Assembly: GCF_963506605.1 (NCBI RefSeq)
Contig: NC_083278.1
Coordinates: forward strand, 48,856,001 to 48,920,000
Origin: Zootoca vivipara
Lineage: Eukaryota
Direction of reading: 5' to 3'
Length of the DNA: 64,000 nucleotides
Of this stretch, positions 51,701 through 57,440 are shown in pieces (position 1 is the first letter of the stretch; each line of letters begins with the position of its first letter). The notes beneath the pieces are model-generated. The model had not been told where the DNA came from. It did no database searches and was given only the letters and a program-made list of their open reading frames with translations. The position numbers were made by a program, and so were the translations under genes.

Positions 51701-54700
51701 TTTTGTTGTATTGGCTTAGCTTATTACAACACCCAAACTGCTCAATAATGAATCTTCGAAAGCAATTTACAACACAGATTAAATAATGTCATCATAACAC
51801 ACATAGTAGTTCTTATTGTGCAGAATTTCTGGTTTAAATCTTTCCTACGTTGGACACTGTTTTAAACCAGAAATTCTGCAGAATAAGAACAACTTCGCTG
51901 CCAATAAATATTATTTGAAATAAAATGGTCTTTATCTGCCTTCTAAATGCCAAGAATGTCATACTTGAAATAGACCTACTGAAATCAATGGGTCTACTCT
52001 GAGTATGCTAGCATTGGATATCACCCATGTTCTCTCCTCCTGTGTTTACAAATCTCATTGGTATTTTATGCAAAGGGACACTTACTACAGGAAGTAGAAC
52101 ACAGGATGAACCAAGAAGTTCACAGAAAGCAGCAACTAGATCTAATTAAGACAGCAAACTTGGAAAAAATGCTGGAAAGCCTTGGAGAGAGAGAACTGAG
52201 ACTGCAGTGTCTGACAGAAGAAACTGAAAGATCATCCAAGATAAGACAGCTTCAGGGGGAAAAGGTTAAAAAAGAAATCCAACAGGTAAGTTTATAAATA
52301 CATACTTTCAGGAACTCATGTGCGAGTGGCTATATGTTCCAAGATGGGGGCTTAATATTGCAAACAGGTCATTGGCAGTGGGCGATTTTTATACTTATTC
52401 ACACCAAACCATCCCGCCCCCATCCCAAAAGGGTAAATCAAGTTTTAATGGTGGAAAAATGCAGACAGGCAACTAGACACCACTGATGTTGTGCAGACTG
52501 GGTGAAAAACCTGTATGCATGATCAGCACTCATCCCACAATTAATACCCAAAGTTTCATAAATATTGCTGAACAAAGCAGCATCTGATATAGTCATGCAG
52601 GTTCATTCAAAGTTTGCAACTTCCAATTCCATCCTTCTCTTACGTATTTCATTTTCAGGAATGGACAGCAAAGATATAGAGATTTGGAACTGTAATGTTC
52701 CCTTAGAAAAATTTAGTATCTTTTTAGGTAAGAAGTCAGCTGACCCAGGAACGCAGTTTAAAACTGGATGCTTTCCAGAGGATAAAAGAGCTGCAGCATC
52801 AGCTGTATAACTCAGAAGTTGCAGCATCCCAGATAAATTCCTCTGCAGGTATGAATGAATGTAGGTTGAATGATCGCTGGTTGCAAGAATATTGGTGTTC
52901 AATATTTCATGCCCTGCTGTATTTTGAAAATGTCAAAACAAAGTAAAAAAAATTCTTCCAGTAGCACCTTAGAGACCAACTAAGTTTGTTATTCGTATGA
53001 GCGAAAGCTCATACGAATAACAAACTTAGTTGGTCTCTAAGGTGCTACTGGAAGAATTTTTTTTATTTTGTTTTGACTACGGCAGACCAACACGGCCATC
53101 TACCTGTAACTAGAACTTTTGAAAATGTGTTATACTTTACTTTGGTTGTTAAACAGTTAACAGTAAATGTGCTGGTTTATAGGTTATTAAATGTGAACCA
53201 AAGATGCAGACCTTGGACTTACTTAGGTCACCACGCCCTCTCTCATATACCAGGAATAGATCAGCACAGACAGAGACTTCCGAGTACAGACTCACAGTTA
53301 CCATCCCAGGCTGTGGCAGGGGAAACAGGTGCCTACACTAAGCTGTTGCCAGATTTCCATGAGAAGAAATACATGTACCTGGTGTGGCCTTGTAACTCCT
53401 ATAAAGCCTCAGCCTGGGAAGTGCAGTGGGAGTTGGGAACAGCCAAAACACAGGCTGAGGCAGCTTGTGCAGCTCTCCACAATCTTAGGGAGAGGGCCCT
53501 TCATATTACCTGGCTGCTTCTTTTAAAGGAAGACCTAACGGGGGATCTTCTGCATGCAGAGCTTGTGCCCCCTCCCCTCAGTAAGTTAGGGAGTGCACTT
53601 TCACTTGTGCAAGTCTGGATACAACCCAATGAGGGCAGAGGTCCTAGATCCCATCTCACACTTCAGCTAACAGCCGCTTTGAGCTAGGAGTTTCTCATTA
53701 CGCTAAGCTGCTTAGTGTTAGTGTCAAGCCTGTATGGGAGGCAGCAGTGCCAAGTTCTTTGGCAGGTTTGTAGCAATGAAGCAGCTACTTGTCCTGTCAG
53801 TACTGTATATTGCAATAAATGTGGATGGTGGTATACACACATAAGGATGGGATAAATTAATTTCTCAGCCAGTTTGACTGTTCACTTAACCACCCTAGCT
53901 GTCATATTACATTGTGTTTGATAGCTTAGCCAAAGCTCCAAGTAGATCCAATTTGTTAATCTATTTAAGAGATGCTAAACTGAATTTGAAAGCTGAACAG
54001 ATTACCGCTCCCCACCTCTAAACCTTAAGCAAGAGCATTAAACGAATACTTTTTGAACAGGCACGCAGCTGACTGAGACAAAGTATATTGCTAATGTGAT
54101 ACAATAGTAGTGACTGACCATTGTTTCATGTGAACATCTTGTTGCATTGTACAGAGTAGCAGTTTAAGGTGCTATCTTTCCAGAGAAATGTCCATTTTAC
54201 TAAATCAACCCAGGAAGCAAAGTGTTTACATGATTGTATATTGCACAGTATTGATTTCTGGAACAAATGTATGCTCACGGCATAGTCATCTTAATTTGCA
54301 AAGATTGTAGAAATGAACTAAAATACTGCATTTTCCTACTAGTGAACCCTCTATTGTACAATTAGTTCACTCACACTAGTTAATGTTCAAATCCCTTTTG
54401 CCTGACATAGACAATTCAGTTCTCAGCACACTTGGCAGCTGGAGGGGATGCAAAAAAATCATCTTAATTTCTCTTACCTTTCAAAAGAGTCCAATTAAAG
54501 GTAACACCTGTATCTCCTAACATTTTAGTGCAAGGGTATGCAAGGGATACACAGCACACGTCTTGGCAATTTATACAGCACTAGATTCAATCAGTGCTGG
54601 GATCACAAACATATCTTGCTATCTGTACAGCCCAATACATTTAATTGTTTCAAAGGTGTCTTATCTTACTTACTATATAATAAAATTGCAGGAGTGTTGC

Positions 54701-56957
54701 CACTGTTTCATTGGCTGCTTTCCAAAGTTCTAAAGGCAGGAGCAGGGTGAGGTTGGTCTGTGAAAAGAGCGTGATGATGGGAAAAGGAAGGGAGAAAGGA
54801 CAGGTTAATATGACAGTTAAAGTCATCTGGTGATGGGTGGGAGAGGCAGATGGAACCGGCTAGGTGTAAAGGGATCATTTGAAGGAATGAGATTGGATAT
54901 GAGAGGCATGTGTGCTTTTGATTCTTGCTTGCTGATTTTTGAGAACTATTACCATTAGTGCGTGTGACAGAGAATGTGGTCTGACCCCCCAAATGATGCT
55001 TCAGCAAGACTGTATTGGCTTGGAAGTGGGGGGGGGCTTAGTGGTGGGCTACCACGGGCATAGAAAAGGCAAGAAAACGGGCTGTATTGCCTTAGCTTTC
55101 ACCTCATGGTGGTGTTGCTGCTTGTCCTGAGACGCCGTACTATATACATAAAAACAAAGTAGGTAGCCCAAGCCAACTGTTTAATGGAGGTAAGTGCTTC
55201 AGAAAACTGCTCTCTGAAGTGTCTCCCTACCCCATTTTAAAGGTGATGGGGCTTGGAGCAAGCTGTGAGAGGACAGGCAAGGTGTAAAGGGAAGAGGGTT
55301 GCCAAGTGGAGCTAGTAAGGGCAGTTTAAATGAACTTGTACATGTTTCATTTTGGGCAAAGGAAAGCAACAGACATTATAAAAATGCTCTAACAGATGTT
55401 GTTAACTTTTAAAACTTTGTGCTTTGTATGGATTCTTCTCACAGATTATTTAACTCATGTCCTTGGCTTTCACAGCTGTAAGAAGAAAGTCTGCTAATAC
55501 TTCACACAGTGCCAGCAGTATAAATCGCTCACTTTCAGGTAAAAAGGAATCGTACTACTAGCATCAGCTGTTTTATGCTTTCTTCTACTTCTTTCTGTAA
55601 ATTTCATCCAATTTTCCCAGGGCAGTTCACAACATAATGCAAAAATACAAACCATAATACAAACAAAAATACCCCCCCCCCACATTATTTCTTAGAAAGC
55701 CCCTCTCTCAACTCACCTTAAGTCCATATTTCCTTAAGCTAGTCCTTTTCAGTGTCAACCTACATAACGATGTAAGATGTGTACTTTTTTGGTTTTGAAA
55801 TAACAGCCATGAGTCTCTGGGCCCATGCAGGGGCTGAGGGAGAGTTTGACGCCCTCTTCCACTGTGGAAGTCCTGTGAAATGAATTGTTTCTCAGAAGTC
55901 TTTGAATTTAAAGGGAGACATCCATTTGGGACTAATGGGATAAATCCTTGAAATGCAAATAGCAGCTTCAGAGTCTTTGGGGTGGTGTGCAGTGTGGTGG
56001 AGAGAAAAAGTTCAATTTCCCATCGCTCTGATCCTGAGGCTCATCAAGCTTCCATGTGGCAGCTATTCACAACAGAAATGAGCTCCCATTACCCTAAGAT
56101 AGTATACCATGTCCTAATTTGAAACCGGTTTCTTTAAAAATAGATACACAGTGAAGCCTGTTTCTGATATACACTACTACTAGATAAACTGTGATTGTTA
56201 TCAGACCATTTATTTGGATCGTATCGAAGATCATTCACATTTTAACTGTTAACCATTGACTGTGAGAATGTTGTAGAAAAATGGGAATCTCTCCTTTAAA
56301 AAACAATAGTGTCAACAGCATGTATTACCAAGGAATAGAGTGTCAGCAGTGTTTGCACACAAAAGCATATTCTAGAACAAAGTTCCACAAAGGCACCACT
56401 TAAATGACATTATTTAACATTATGTTCCAGGCTCTGCTTCATGGAGCCAGAATACAGGCATTTCAACATTCACGTTAACCAAGGACTTCAGGCAGCAGCT
56501 TTTGGTTGCTGACTCGGGGGGTAGCAGCAATATAAAACCAGAAAAGGTTCAGAGGCCCAAAACGGTGAGTAGTCAAGTATTTGGGGAGCAATGTTAGTAT
56601 GAATCTCTAATGCAAGACAGTGACAATTAGGTTGTAGACATGTTAAGCAAGCTCTACTGAGGACTTGCTTTTTAAAAGTGATATTAGATTAACTCTTCAT
56701 TCATGCTTCTCAGGGAATTCCTCCTGTACAATAAACTTTTGGCCCACAGCAGTTTAGAGAAGCCATCTACCCCCCAAAAAAGGAATATTTTGACTATTTG
56801 AGGCAAAACAGATGAGAATTACAACAGTTTTTATTTATATTTAAAGGTACCTTGTGGGTGGAGAAATAGTGTGATAGATGTTCTCTTGCCAGCTCTTACA
56901 GAAAACTCTTCTACGTCACCTGTGCAGTTTTGTGGACAGAAGACATCTGAAAAATAA
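149..56957 (+). CDS. CCDC162: Coiled-coil domain-containing protein 162-like, 45 coding exons in window, 5'-partial, ~2130 aa
   Basis: 45 GT-AG exons spliced by hand with matching intron phases and no internal stop (6396 nt including TAA at 56955-56957). N-terminal segment ELEICLKREYTFESLPLLLHQFFTDRITQLVQSKYLHMLRWKRFCQHS resembles the CCDC162/DUF4549 region (from memory); C-terminal part is heptad-rich. Convergent neighbour CD164 matches the known CCDC162P-CD164 synteny. Confidence 0.87.
976..1110. mobile_element. hAT MITE
   Basis: CAGGCATAGG...CCTATGCCTG TIRs; 8-bp TSD CTTTACAT. Confidence 0.9.
1369..1493. mobile_element. hAT MITE
   Basis: CAG...CTG ends; 8-bp TSD CTCTTGAA. Confidence 0.75.
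2036..2149 (+). CDS. CCDC162: CCDC162 exon 2
   Basis: tatag|...CAG|gtatg; FFTDRITQLVQSKYLHMLRWKRFCQHSSVIEQFYPLYQ. Confidence 0.9.
3344..3538 (+). CDS. CCDC162: CCDC162 exon 3
   Basis: cctag|AAA...CAG|gtgag; KQVAHIMQEYNDAVQRAARL...HSYLQ. Confidence 0.9.
3644..3794 (+). CDS. CCDC162: CCDC162 exon 4
   Basis: tgtag|GTA...G|gtaaga (alternative donor 3 nt upstream); VLQYLPVSHR...; ends phase 1. Confidence 0.75.
4103..4243 (+). mobile_element. Squam3-like SINE, 5'-truncated
   Basis: Body matches the 10640 copy. Confidence 0.65.
5773..5962. repeat. Perfect 190-bp palindrome centred on (AT)n
   Basis: 5773-5835 is the reverse complement of 5900-5962; (AT)n centre at 5836-5899. Confidence 0.95.
6078..6235 (+). 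CDS. CCDC162: CCDC162 exon 5
   Basis: tatag|GA...ATG|gtaat; LPQHTAEIEELKPQLRLLLSQF...DEMELFSM. Confidence 0.85.
6622..6774 (+). CDS. CCDC162: CCDC162 exon 6
   Basis: cttag|GTC...AAG|gtaat; VMHEFRSLFRKQQTMRTF...ANWIPFIK. Confidence 0.88.
7280..7381 (+). CDS. CCDC162: CCDC162 exon 7
   Basis: agcag|ATT...GAG|gtaat; IKPHQDPWQQKM...FLE. Confidence 0.87.
7867..8028 (+). CDS. CCDC162: CCDC162 exon 8
   Basis: actag|GTT...CAG|gtaaa; VSNPERVMEVLQEQA...FHQ. Confidence 0.8.
8587..8944 (+). mobile_element. Solo LTR (358 bp)
   Basis: TGTTA...TAACA termini, 5-bp TSD GTGCT, TATAAAA at 8782, AATAAA at 8831. Confidence 0.85.
9497..9609 (+). CDS. CCDC162: CCDC162 exon 9
   Basis: gacag|GAG...AG|gtgaa; supplies the phase 0-to-2 bridge needed for the next exon. 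Confidence 0.7.
10134..10263 (+). CDS. CCDC162: CCDC162 exon 10
   Basis: tgtag|T TAC...CAG|gtaaa; YTTTLQLLGLD...LRHLQIRELQ. Confidence 0.85.
10356..10559 (+). CDS. CCDC162: CCDC162 exon 11
   Basis: actag|AGA...AAG|gtgag; RICLGILNYFRSVERTLTI...TPADYK. Confidence 0.9.
10640..10802 (+). mobile_element. tRNA-derived SINE (Squam3-like)
   Basis: B-box GGTTCAATCCC; body GAAACCCTGGAGA...GATGGACCAATGGTCTGACT...AAGGCAGCTTCCTA; relatives at ~4103-4243 and ~63315-63492. Confidence 0.75.
11613..11639. repeat. (AC)n microsatellite
   Basis: Read directly. Confidence 0.9.
11745..11937 (+). CDS. CCDC162: CCDC162 exon 12
   Basis: cacag|GTT...G|gtaag; VHSVQFMEFAEVENHDDFY... Confidence 0.9.
12189..12324. mobile_element. 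hAT MITE
   Basis: GTGTTTCCCAAACTTGGGTC / GACCCAAGTTTGGGAAACAC inverted ends; TSD GTCTATGT/GTCTGTGT. Confidence 0.8.
12528..12851. mobile_element. hAT MITE
   Basis: CAGTGCCAGATTT ... AAATCTGGCCCTG; 8-bp TSD TTTCCAGC. Confidence 0.85.
13129..13256 (+). CDS. CCDC162: CCDC162 exon 13
   Basis: ttcgag|GT...CAG|gtgta; WAHASVDRSAVILDLWTCETAFLENKWQ. Confidence 0.85.
14016..14216 (+). CDS. CCDC162: CCDC162 exon 14
   Basis: ttcag|CTT...CAG|gttag; LLNSYFEAYQHALD...LNKQ. Confidence 0.9.
14327..14448 (+). CDS. CCDC162: CCDC162 exon 15
   Basis: tttag|ATA...CC|gtgagt; IDNQREYNHRIWRDG... Confidence 0.88.
15558..15786 (+). CDS. CCDC162: CCDC162 exon 16
   Basis: taaag|T TCG...GAT|gtatgt; LKNIYLLEFHPSLGL...QIQKD. 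Confidence 0.9.
17335..17537 (+). CDS. CCDC162: CCDC162 exon 17
   Basis: catag|TTA...AG|gtaaag; LFTEVLVEDP...LLELLTLRHRLIE. Confidence 0.88.
18235..18393 (+). CDS. CCDC162: CCDC162 exon 18
   Basis: tttag|A CTC...AG|gtaaac; LYKEFAGEMGFDEFHLYLRPV... Confidence 0.9.
19400..19584 (-). mobile_element. RTE-clade LINE 3' end
   Basis: Minus strand encodes C-terminal zinc finger CPQCGRTCGSRIGLHSHLWTHC*, followed by a (GAA)n tail. Confidence 0.8.
19761..19851 (+). CDS. CCDC162: CCDC162 exon 19
   Basis: tgcag|A TAT...CAG|gtgact; YVPSSLMLNIHDIDNQIGKFSFRT. Confidence 0.87.
20104..20221 (-). mobile_element. Penelope-like 3' end fragment
   Basis: GTAGCACCTTAGAGACCAACTAAGTTTG...GTATGAGCTTTC shared with the other copies. 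Confidence 0.75.
20227..20419. mobile_element. Tigger/pogo-like MITE
   Basis: TA|CAGT...TACCTCGGTTTAAG ... AAACCGAGGAACCACTG|TA. Confidence 0.75.
20659..20799 (+). CDS. CCDC162: CCDC162 exon 20
   Basis: ttcag|CTG...AAG|gtttg; GIENLQIALACQVTHKN. Confidence 0.85.
20909..21518. mobile_element. Possible degenerate solo LTR
   Basis: TGGGGA...TCCCACA ends; flanks GCAAG/GCAGG differ at one base. Confidence 0.35.
21611..21759 (+). CDS. CCDC162: CCDC162 exon 21
   Basis: ttcag|GAA...AG|gtagg; Ser-rich linker. Confidence 0.8.
22451..22562 (+). CDS. CCDC162: CCDC162 exon 22
   Basis: tccag|G CCT...CCT|gtaagt; EAFVSIQLEKQGPRDMMLN. Confidence 0.88.
22745..23335 (+). mobile_element. CR1-like LINE ORF2 fragment interrupted by an L2-like 3' end
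   Basis: KQLVRDAKKEFEDHIAK...NKKLFKYI...KEIAEKL resembles the CR1 ORF2 linker; resumes after ~23184. Confidence 0.65.
22938..23183 (-). mobile_element. L2-like LINE 3' end with (TTTA)n tail
   Basis: (TTTA)n followed by ATACCCTGCCCATCTGGCTGGG...; recognised from memory as a common squamate LINE 3' end. Confidence 0.6.
23557..23606 (+). CDS. CCDC162: CCDC162 exon 23
   Basis: tgcag|GAG...AA|gtaagt; EEVEKVKREVIVEYCH. Confidence 0.85.
24663..24839 (+). CDS. CCDC162: CCDC162 exon 24
   Basis: tttag|G ATG...AG|gtatgt; YSLRSQIIAYYNSL. Confidence 0.9.
25000..25130 (-). mobile_element. tRNA-derived CORE-type SINE fragment
   Basis: Minus strand GTGTAGTGATTAGAATGCTG...GGTTAAAATTCCC head then CTACCTCAAAGGGTTGTTG core. 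Confidence 0.55.
25638..25755 (+). CDS. CCDC162: CCDC162 exon 25
   Basis: ctcag|G TCA...AAG|gttcgt; RPRGLLSTDGQSFLNLWFIPH. Confidence 0.87.
27451..27616 (+). CDS. CCDC162: CCDC162 exon 26
   Basis: catag|ACT...G|gttagt; LQIVAAFHDIISYIFSFAQLGN. Confidence 0.88.
27758..27831. repeat. (GT)n + (ACAT)n compound microsatellite
   Basis: Read directly. Confidence 0.9.
27968..28255 (+). mobile_element. Penelope-like 3' end with a nested hAT MITE
   Basis: Begins at the hammerhead motif (GTATCTGAAGAA...); 12-bp TSD ACATTTGACACA (27956 / 28256). Confidence 0.78.
28009..28144. mobile_element. hAT MITE (136 bp)
   Basis: CAGGCATCCCCAAA...TTTGGGGATGCCTG TIRs; 8-bp TSD GCTCATAC. Confidence 0.9.
28591..28699 (-). 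mobile_element. Penelope-like fragment with short inverted copy
   Basis: Reverse complement of CTGAAGAAGTGTGCATGCACACGAAAGCTCATAC plus an inverted TTAGTTGGTCTCTAAGGTGCTACTGGAAGG. Confidence 0.75.
29267..29405 (+). CDS. CCDC162: CCDC162 exon 27
   Basis: tctag|GT...CG|gtaaga; ELQDLQKKIDNL...QFEAAVRHSV. Confidence 0.88.
30556..30709 (+). CDS. CCDC162: CCDC162 exon 28
   Basis: tccag|A GAA...AGA|gtgagt; EAFLSYGNVSAYQSITD. Confidence 0.88.
31486..32661. mobile_element. Tc1/mariner-pogo (Tc2-like) non-autonomous element with internal minisatellite
   Basis: TA|CCGTGTTTCTCATATTATAAGACA ... TGTTTTATAATGTGAGAAACACGG|TA; shares termini and subterminal blocks with the short copy at ~62208-62452. Confidence 0.85.
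32083..32492. repeat. 41-bp CpG-rich minisatellite, 10 copies
   Basis: Unit CTTCGCGCGGCGCGCGCAAAGGCTGCATCCGGGTCCCGGGG at 32083+41n. Confidence 0.95.
32733..32942. mobile_element. Tigger/pogo-like MITE
   Basis: TA|CACTGGTACCTCGGGTTA ... TAACCAGAGGTACCACTG|TA. Confidence 0.82.
33233..33328 (+). CDS. CCDC162: CCDC162 exon 29
   Basis: tttag|GCA...CAG|gtatg; LFPWRTFLANTGPFP. Confidence 0.87.
33467..33834 (+). mobile_element. Solo LTR (368 bp)
   Basis: TG...CA termini, 5-bp TSD TATGT, repeated CCAAT/ATTGG boxes, TATATAA at 33731, AATAAA at 33792. Confidence 0.87.
33936..34079 (+). CDS. CCDC162: CCDC162 exon 30
   Basis: tctag|CTA...AAG|gtaaa; LCLCGLNDEDRKVAHGELV. Confidence 0.87.
34237..35765 (-). 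mobile_element. Non-autonomous Helitron (1529 bp)
   Basis: Minus strand begins A|TCCTATATAATAA and ends with hairpin GCCCGTT-ATTG-AACGGGC, 9 nt, then CTAG|T. Inserted between A and T with no TSD. Confidence 0.88.
34274..35482. repeat. 152/151-bp GC-rich minisatellite, ~8 copies, each with two palindromes
   Basis: AGGGTTC anchor at 34431, 34583, 34735, 34887, 35038, 35190, 35341. Confidence 0.95.
35992..36538. repeat. Tandem duplication (~275 bp x2)
   Basis: 35992-36266 recurs at 36267-36538, differing mainly in homopolymer tracts; AAA microhomology at the junction. Confidence 0.92.
36357..36921. mobile_element. Tc2-like MITE whose left end is duplicated in tandem
   Basis: ATTTTTCGCTCCATAAGATGCAC ... 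GTGCATCTTATGGAGCGAAAAATACGG|TA. Confidence 0.8.
37040..40739 (-). mobile_element. Sola2-like DNA transposon (3.7 kb), near-intact
   Basis: 10-bp TIR GGGCCATTCC (37040) / GGAATGGCCC (40730-40739), i.e. GRG...CYC termini. Flanks CCGT/CCCT fit a 4-bp TSD with one mismatch. Six TGTCACGGGTGGGAC(A) boxes and an internal transposase. Confidence 0.8.
37639..39846 (-). pseudogene. DDD transposase (~735 aa) broken by two frameshifts
   Basis: Three overlapping ORFs join into one protein: basic N-terminus, Cys cluster (CVCKYHAN...CCDLENEKCMNGECKKC), motifs QVDFAENY, QSAHW, FSDGCAGQFKN and FATSHGKGAVDGIGG. Frameshifts at ~39080 and in the A12 run 38398-38409. Confidence 0.88.
41440..41648 (+). CDS. CCDC162: CCDC162 exon 31
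   Basis: tagcag|AAT (or start at 41437)...AG|gtaagt; SYLILWKQLEILKAEWGRLKL. Confidence 0.85.
42580..42735 (-). mobile_element. Degenerate CR1 reverse-transcriptase fragment
   Basis: Minus strand GCAGCCAGGTTTGACGATAATACC resembles the FADDT motif region. Confidence 0.45.
42849..42987 (+). CDS. CCDC162: CCDC162 exon 32
   Basis: tctag|C ACT...CAG|gtaaa; EVLYPAMRSIA. Confidence 0.87.
44299..44419 (+). CDS. CCDC162: CCDC162 exon 33
   Basis: cctag|CTG...G|gtaac; LQKLLESLEIHMI. Confidence 0.88.
44450..44585. mobile_element. hAT MITE (same family as 28009)
   Basis: CAGGCATCCCCAAA TIR; 8-bp TSD ATCTAGCT; 30 nt after exon 33. Confidence 0.9.
45278..45387 (+). CDS. CCDC162: CCDC162 exon 34
   Basis: ttcag|AG CTC...GAG|gtacat; LWKHHGMQE...FVQKLM. 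Confidence 0.87.
46235..46384 (+). CDS. CCDC162: CCDC162 exon 35
   Basis: ctcag|ATA...CAA|gtatt; VMARERSNFESYSMFYENILRQQHQLLYQKEQ. Confidence 0.88.
46526..46579 (+). CDS. CCDC162: CCDC162 exon 36
   Basis: ttcag|GAA...CAG|gttagt; 54 nt, symmetric phase 0. Confidence 0.78.
46715..46882 (+). CDS. CCDC162: CCDC162 exon 37
   Basis: gctag|GTA...AAA|gtaggt; VAELSHEMIMEMMALRARI. Confidence 0.88.
47394..47546 (+). CDS. CCDC162: CCDC162 exon 38
   Basis: tgcag|GGA...CAG|gtaagt; GRVDEYRLSM...EVRREGVDKMIDLKKK. Confidence 0.9.
47855..48278. mobile_element. Fold-back (inverted-repeat) insertion, Penelope-like architecture
   Basis: 187-bp arms (47889-48075 / 48091-48277, 2 mismatches), 15-nt spacer, 34-bp unpaired extension, 13-bp TSD CCCACTTTAATTG; CTGAAGA...GAAAC box inside the arm. 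Confidence 0.75.
49455..49589 (+). CDS. CCDC162: CCDC162 exon 39
   Basis: cttag|CAG (or start at 49458)...AAG|gtgag; LQTLQDENNQLGVLLCKLK. Confidence 0.85.
50750..50902 (+). CDS. CCDC162: CCDC162 exon 40
   Basis: cacag|GAG...CAG|gtatgt; coiled coil EAIQNKKEYL...QLDKQ. Confidence 0.88.
51809..51890. repeat. Inverted repeat, 30-bp arms, 22-nt spacer
   Basis: GTTCTTATTGTGCAGAATTTCTGGTTTAAA / TTTAAACCAGAAATTCTGCAGAATAAGAAC, one mismatch. Confidence 0.9.
52076..52285 (+). CDS. CCDC162: CCDC162 exon 41
   Basis: caaag|GGA...CAG|gtaagt; coiled coil. Confidence 0.87.
52728..52848 (+). CDS. CCDC162: CCDC162 exon 42
   Basis: tttag|GTA AGA...G|gtatga; VRSQLTQERSLKLDAFQRIKELQ. Confidence 0.85.
52934..53116 (+). 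mobile_element. Penelope-like 3' end inserted as a hairpin
   Basis: 71-bp arms around a GAAA loop (53003-53006), 39-bp tail, 12-bp TSD TTTTGAAAATGT. Confidence 0.8.
55476..55538 (+). CDS. CCDC162: CCDC162 exon 43 (symmetric phase 1, possibly alternative)
   Basis: cacag|CT...G|gtaaa; 63 nt, open frame. Confidence 0.62.
56431..56564 (+). CDS. CCDC162: CCDC162 exon 44
   Basis: tccag|GC...ACG|gtgagt; ends KVQRPKT. Confidence 0.75.
56847..56957 (+). CDS. CCDC162: CCDC162 terminal coding exon
   Basis: taaag|GTA CCT...TAA; AATAAA follows at 57004. Confidence 0.72.
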   Translation, partial: VPCGWRNSVIDVLLPALTENSSTSPVQFCGQKTSEK

Positions 56958-57003
56958 GCTGCTTCTGCTTCTTTGAAGAGTTACTTGCTGGTTTGATTCC
57001 ATG

Positions 57004-57009
57004 AATAAA
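57004..57009 (+). terminator. Candidate poly(A) signal of CCDC162
   Basis: AATAAA 47 nt after the stop codon. Confidence 0.6.
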
Positions 57010-57121
57010 GTACAAAGCAGTCTTGCTTGAGAACTCTGGTCATGCTCAAAAATGGGATGTTTTAATTTGCTCTGTTATCCATAACTTTTAAGAAGCCACT
57101 TTCTCACCAGATTCTCTAGTG

Positions 57122-57359
57122 CAGGGGTAGGCAACCTCAGGCCTGTGGGCCAGATGCGGCCCAATCGCCTTCTCAATCTGGCCCGAGGATGGTCCGTGAA
57201 TCAGCATGTTTTTATATGAGTAGAATGTGTGCTTTTATTTAAAATGCATCTCTGGGTTATTTGTGGGGCATAGGAATTCGTTCATTTTTTTCCTTCAAAA
57301 TATAGTCCAGCCCACCACATGGTCTGAGGGACAGGGCTGAAAAAGGTTGCTGACCCCTG
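57122..57359. mobile_element. hAT MITE between the two convergent genes
   Basis: CAGGGGTAGGCAACCT ... AGGTTGCTGACCCCTG; 8-bp TSD CTCTAGTG. Confidence 0.88.
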
Positions 57360-57440
57360 CTCTAGTGCCAAAAATATGATGATGTGAGGTTATTAACTGG
57401 ATGAAGCTAGCAGCAAATCCAGGACAGGCAACTGAAAGCC

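Noticed and set aside
53073-53687. 204-aa ORF in intron 42
   Set aside because: Starts in a Penelope tail at a non-ATG codon, includes SINE-like remnants, and has no recognisable motif or fitting splice sites.
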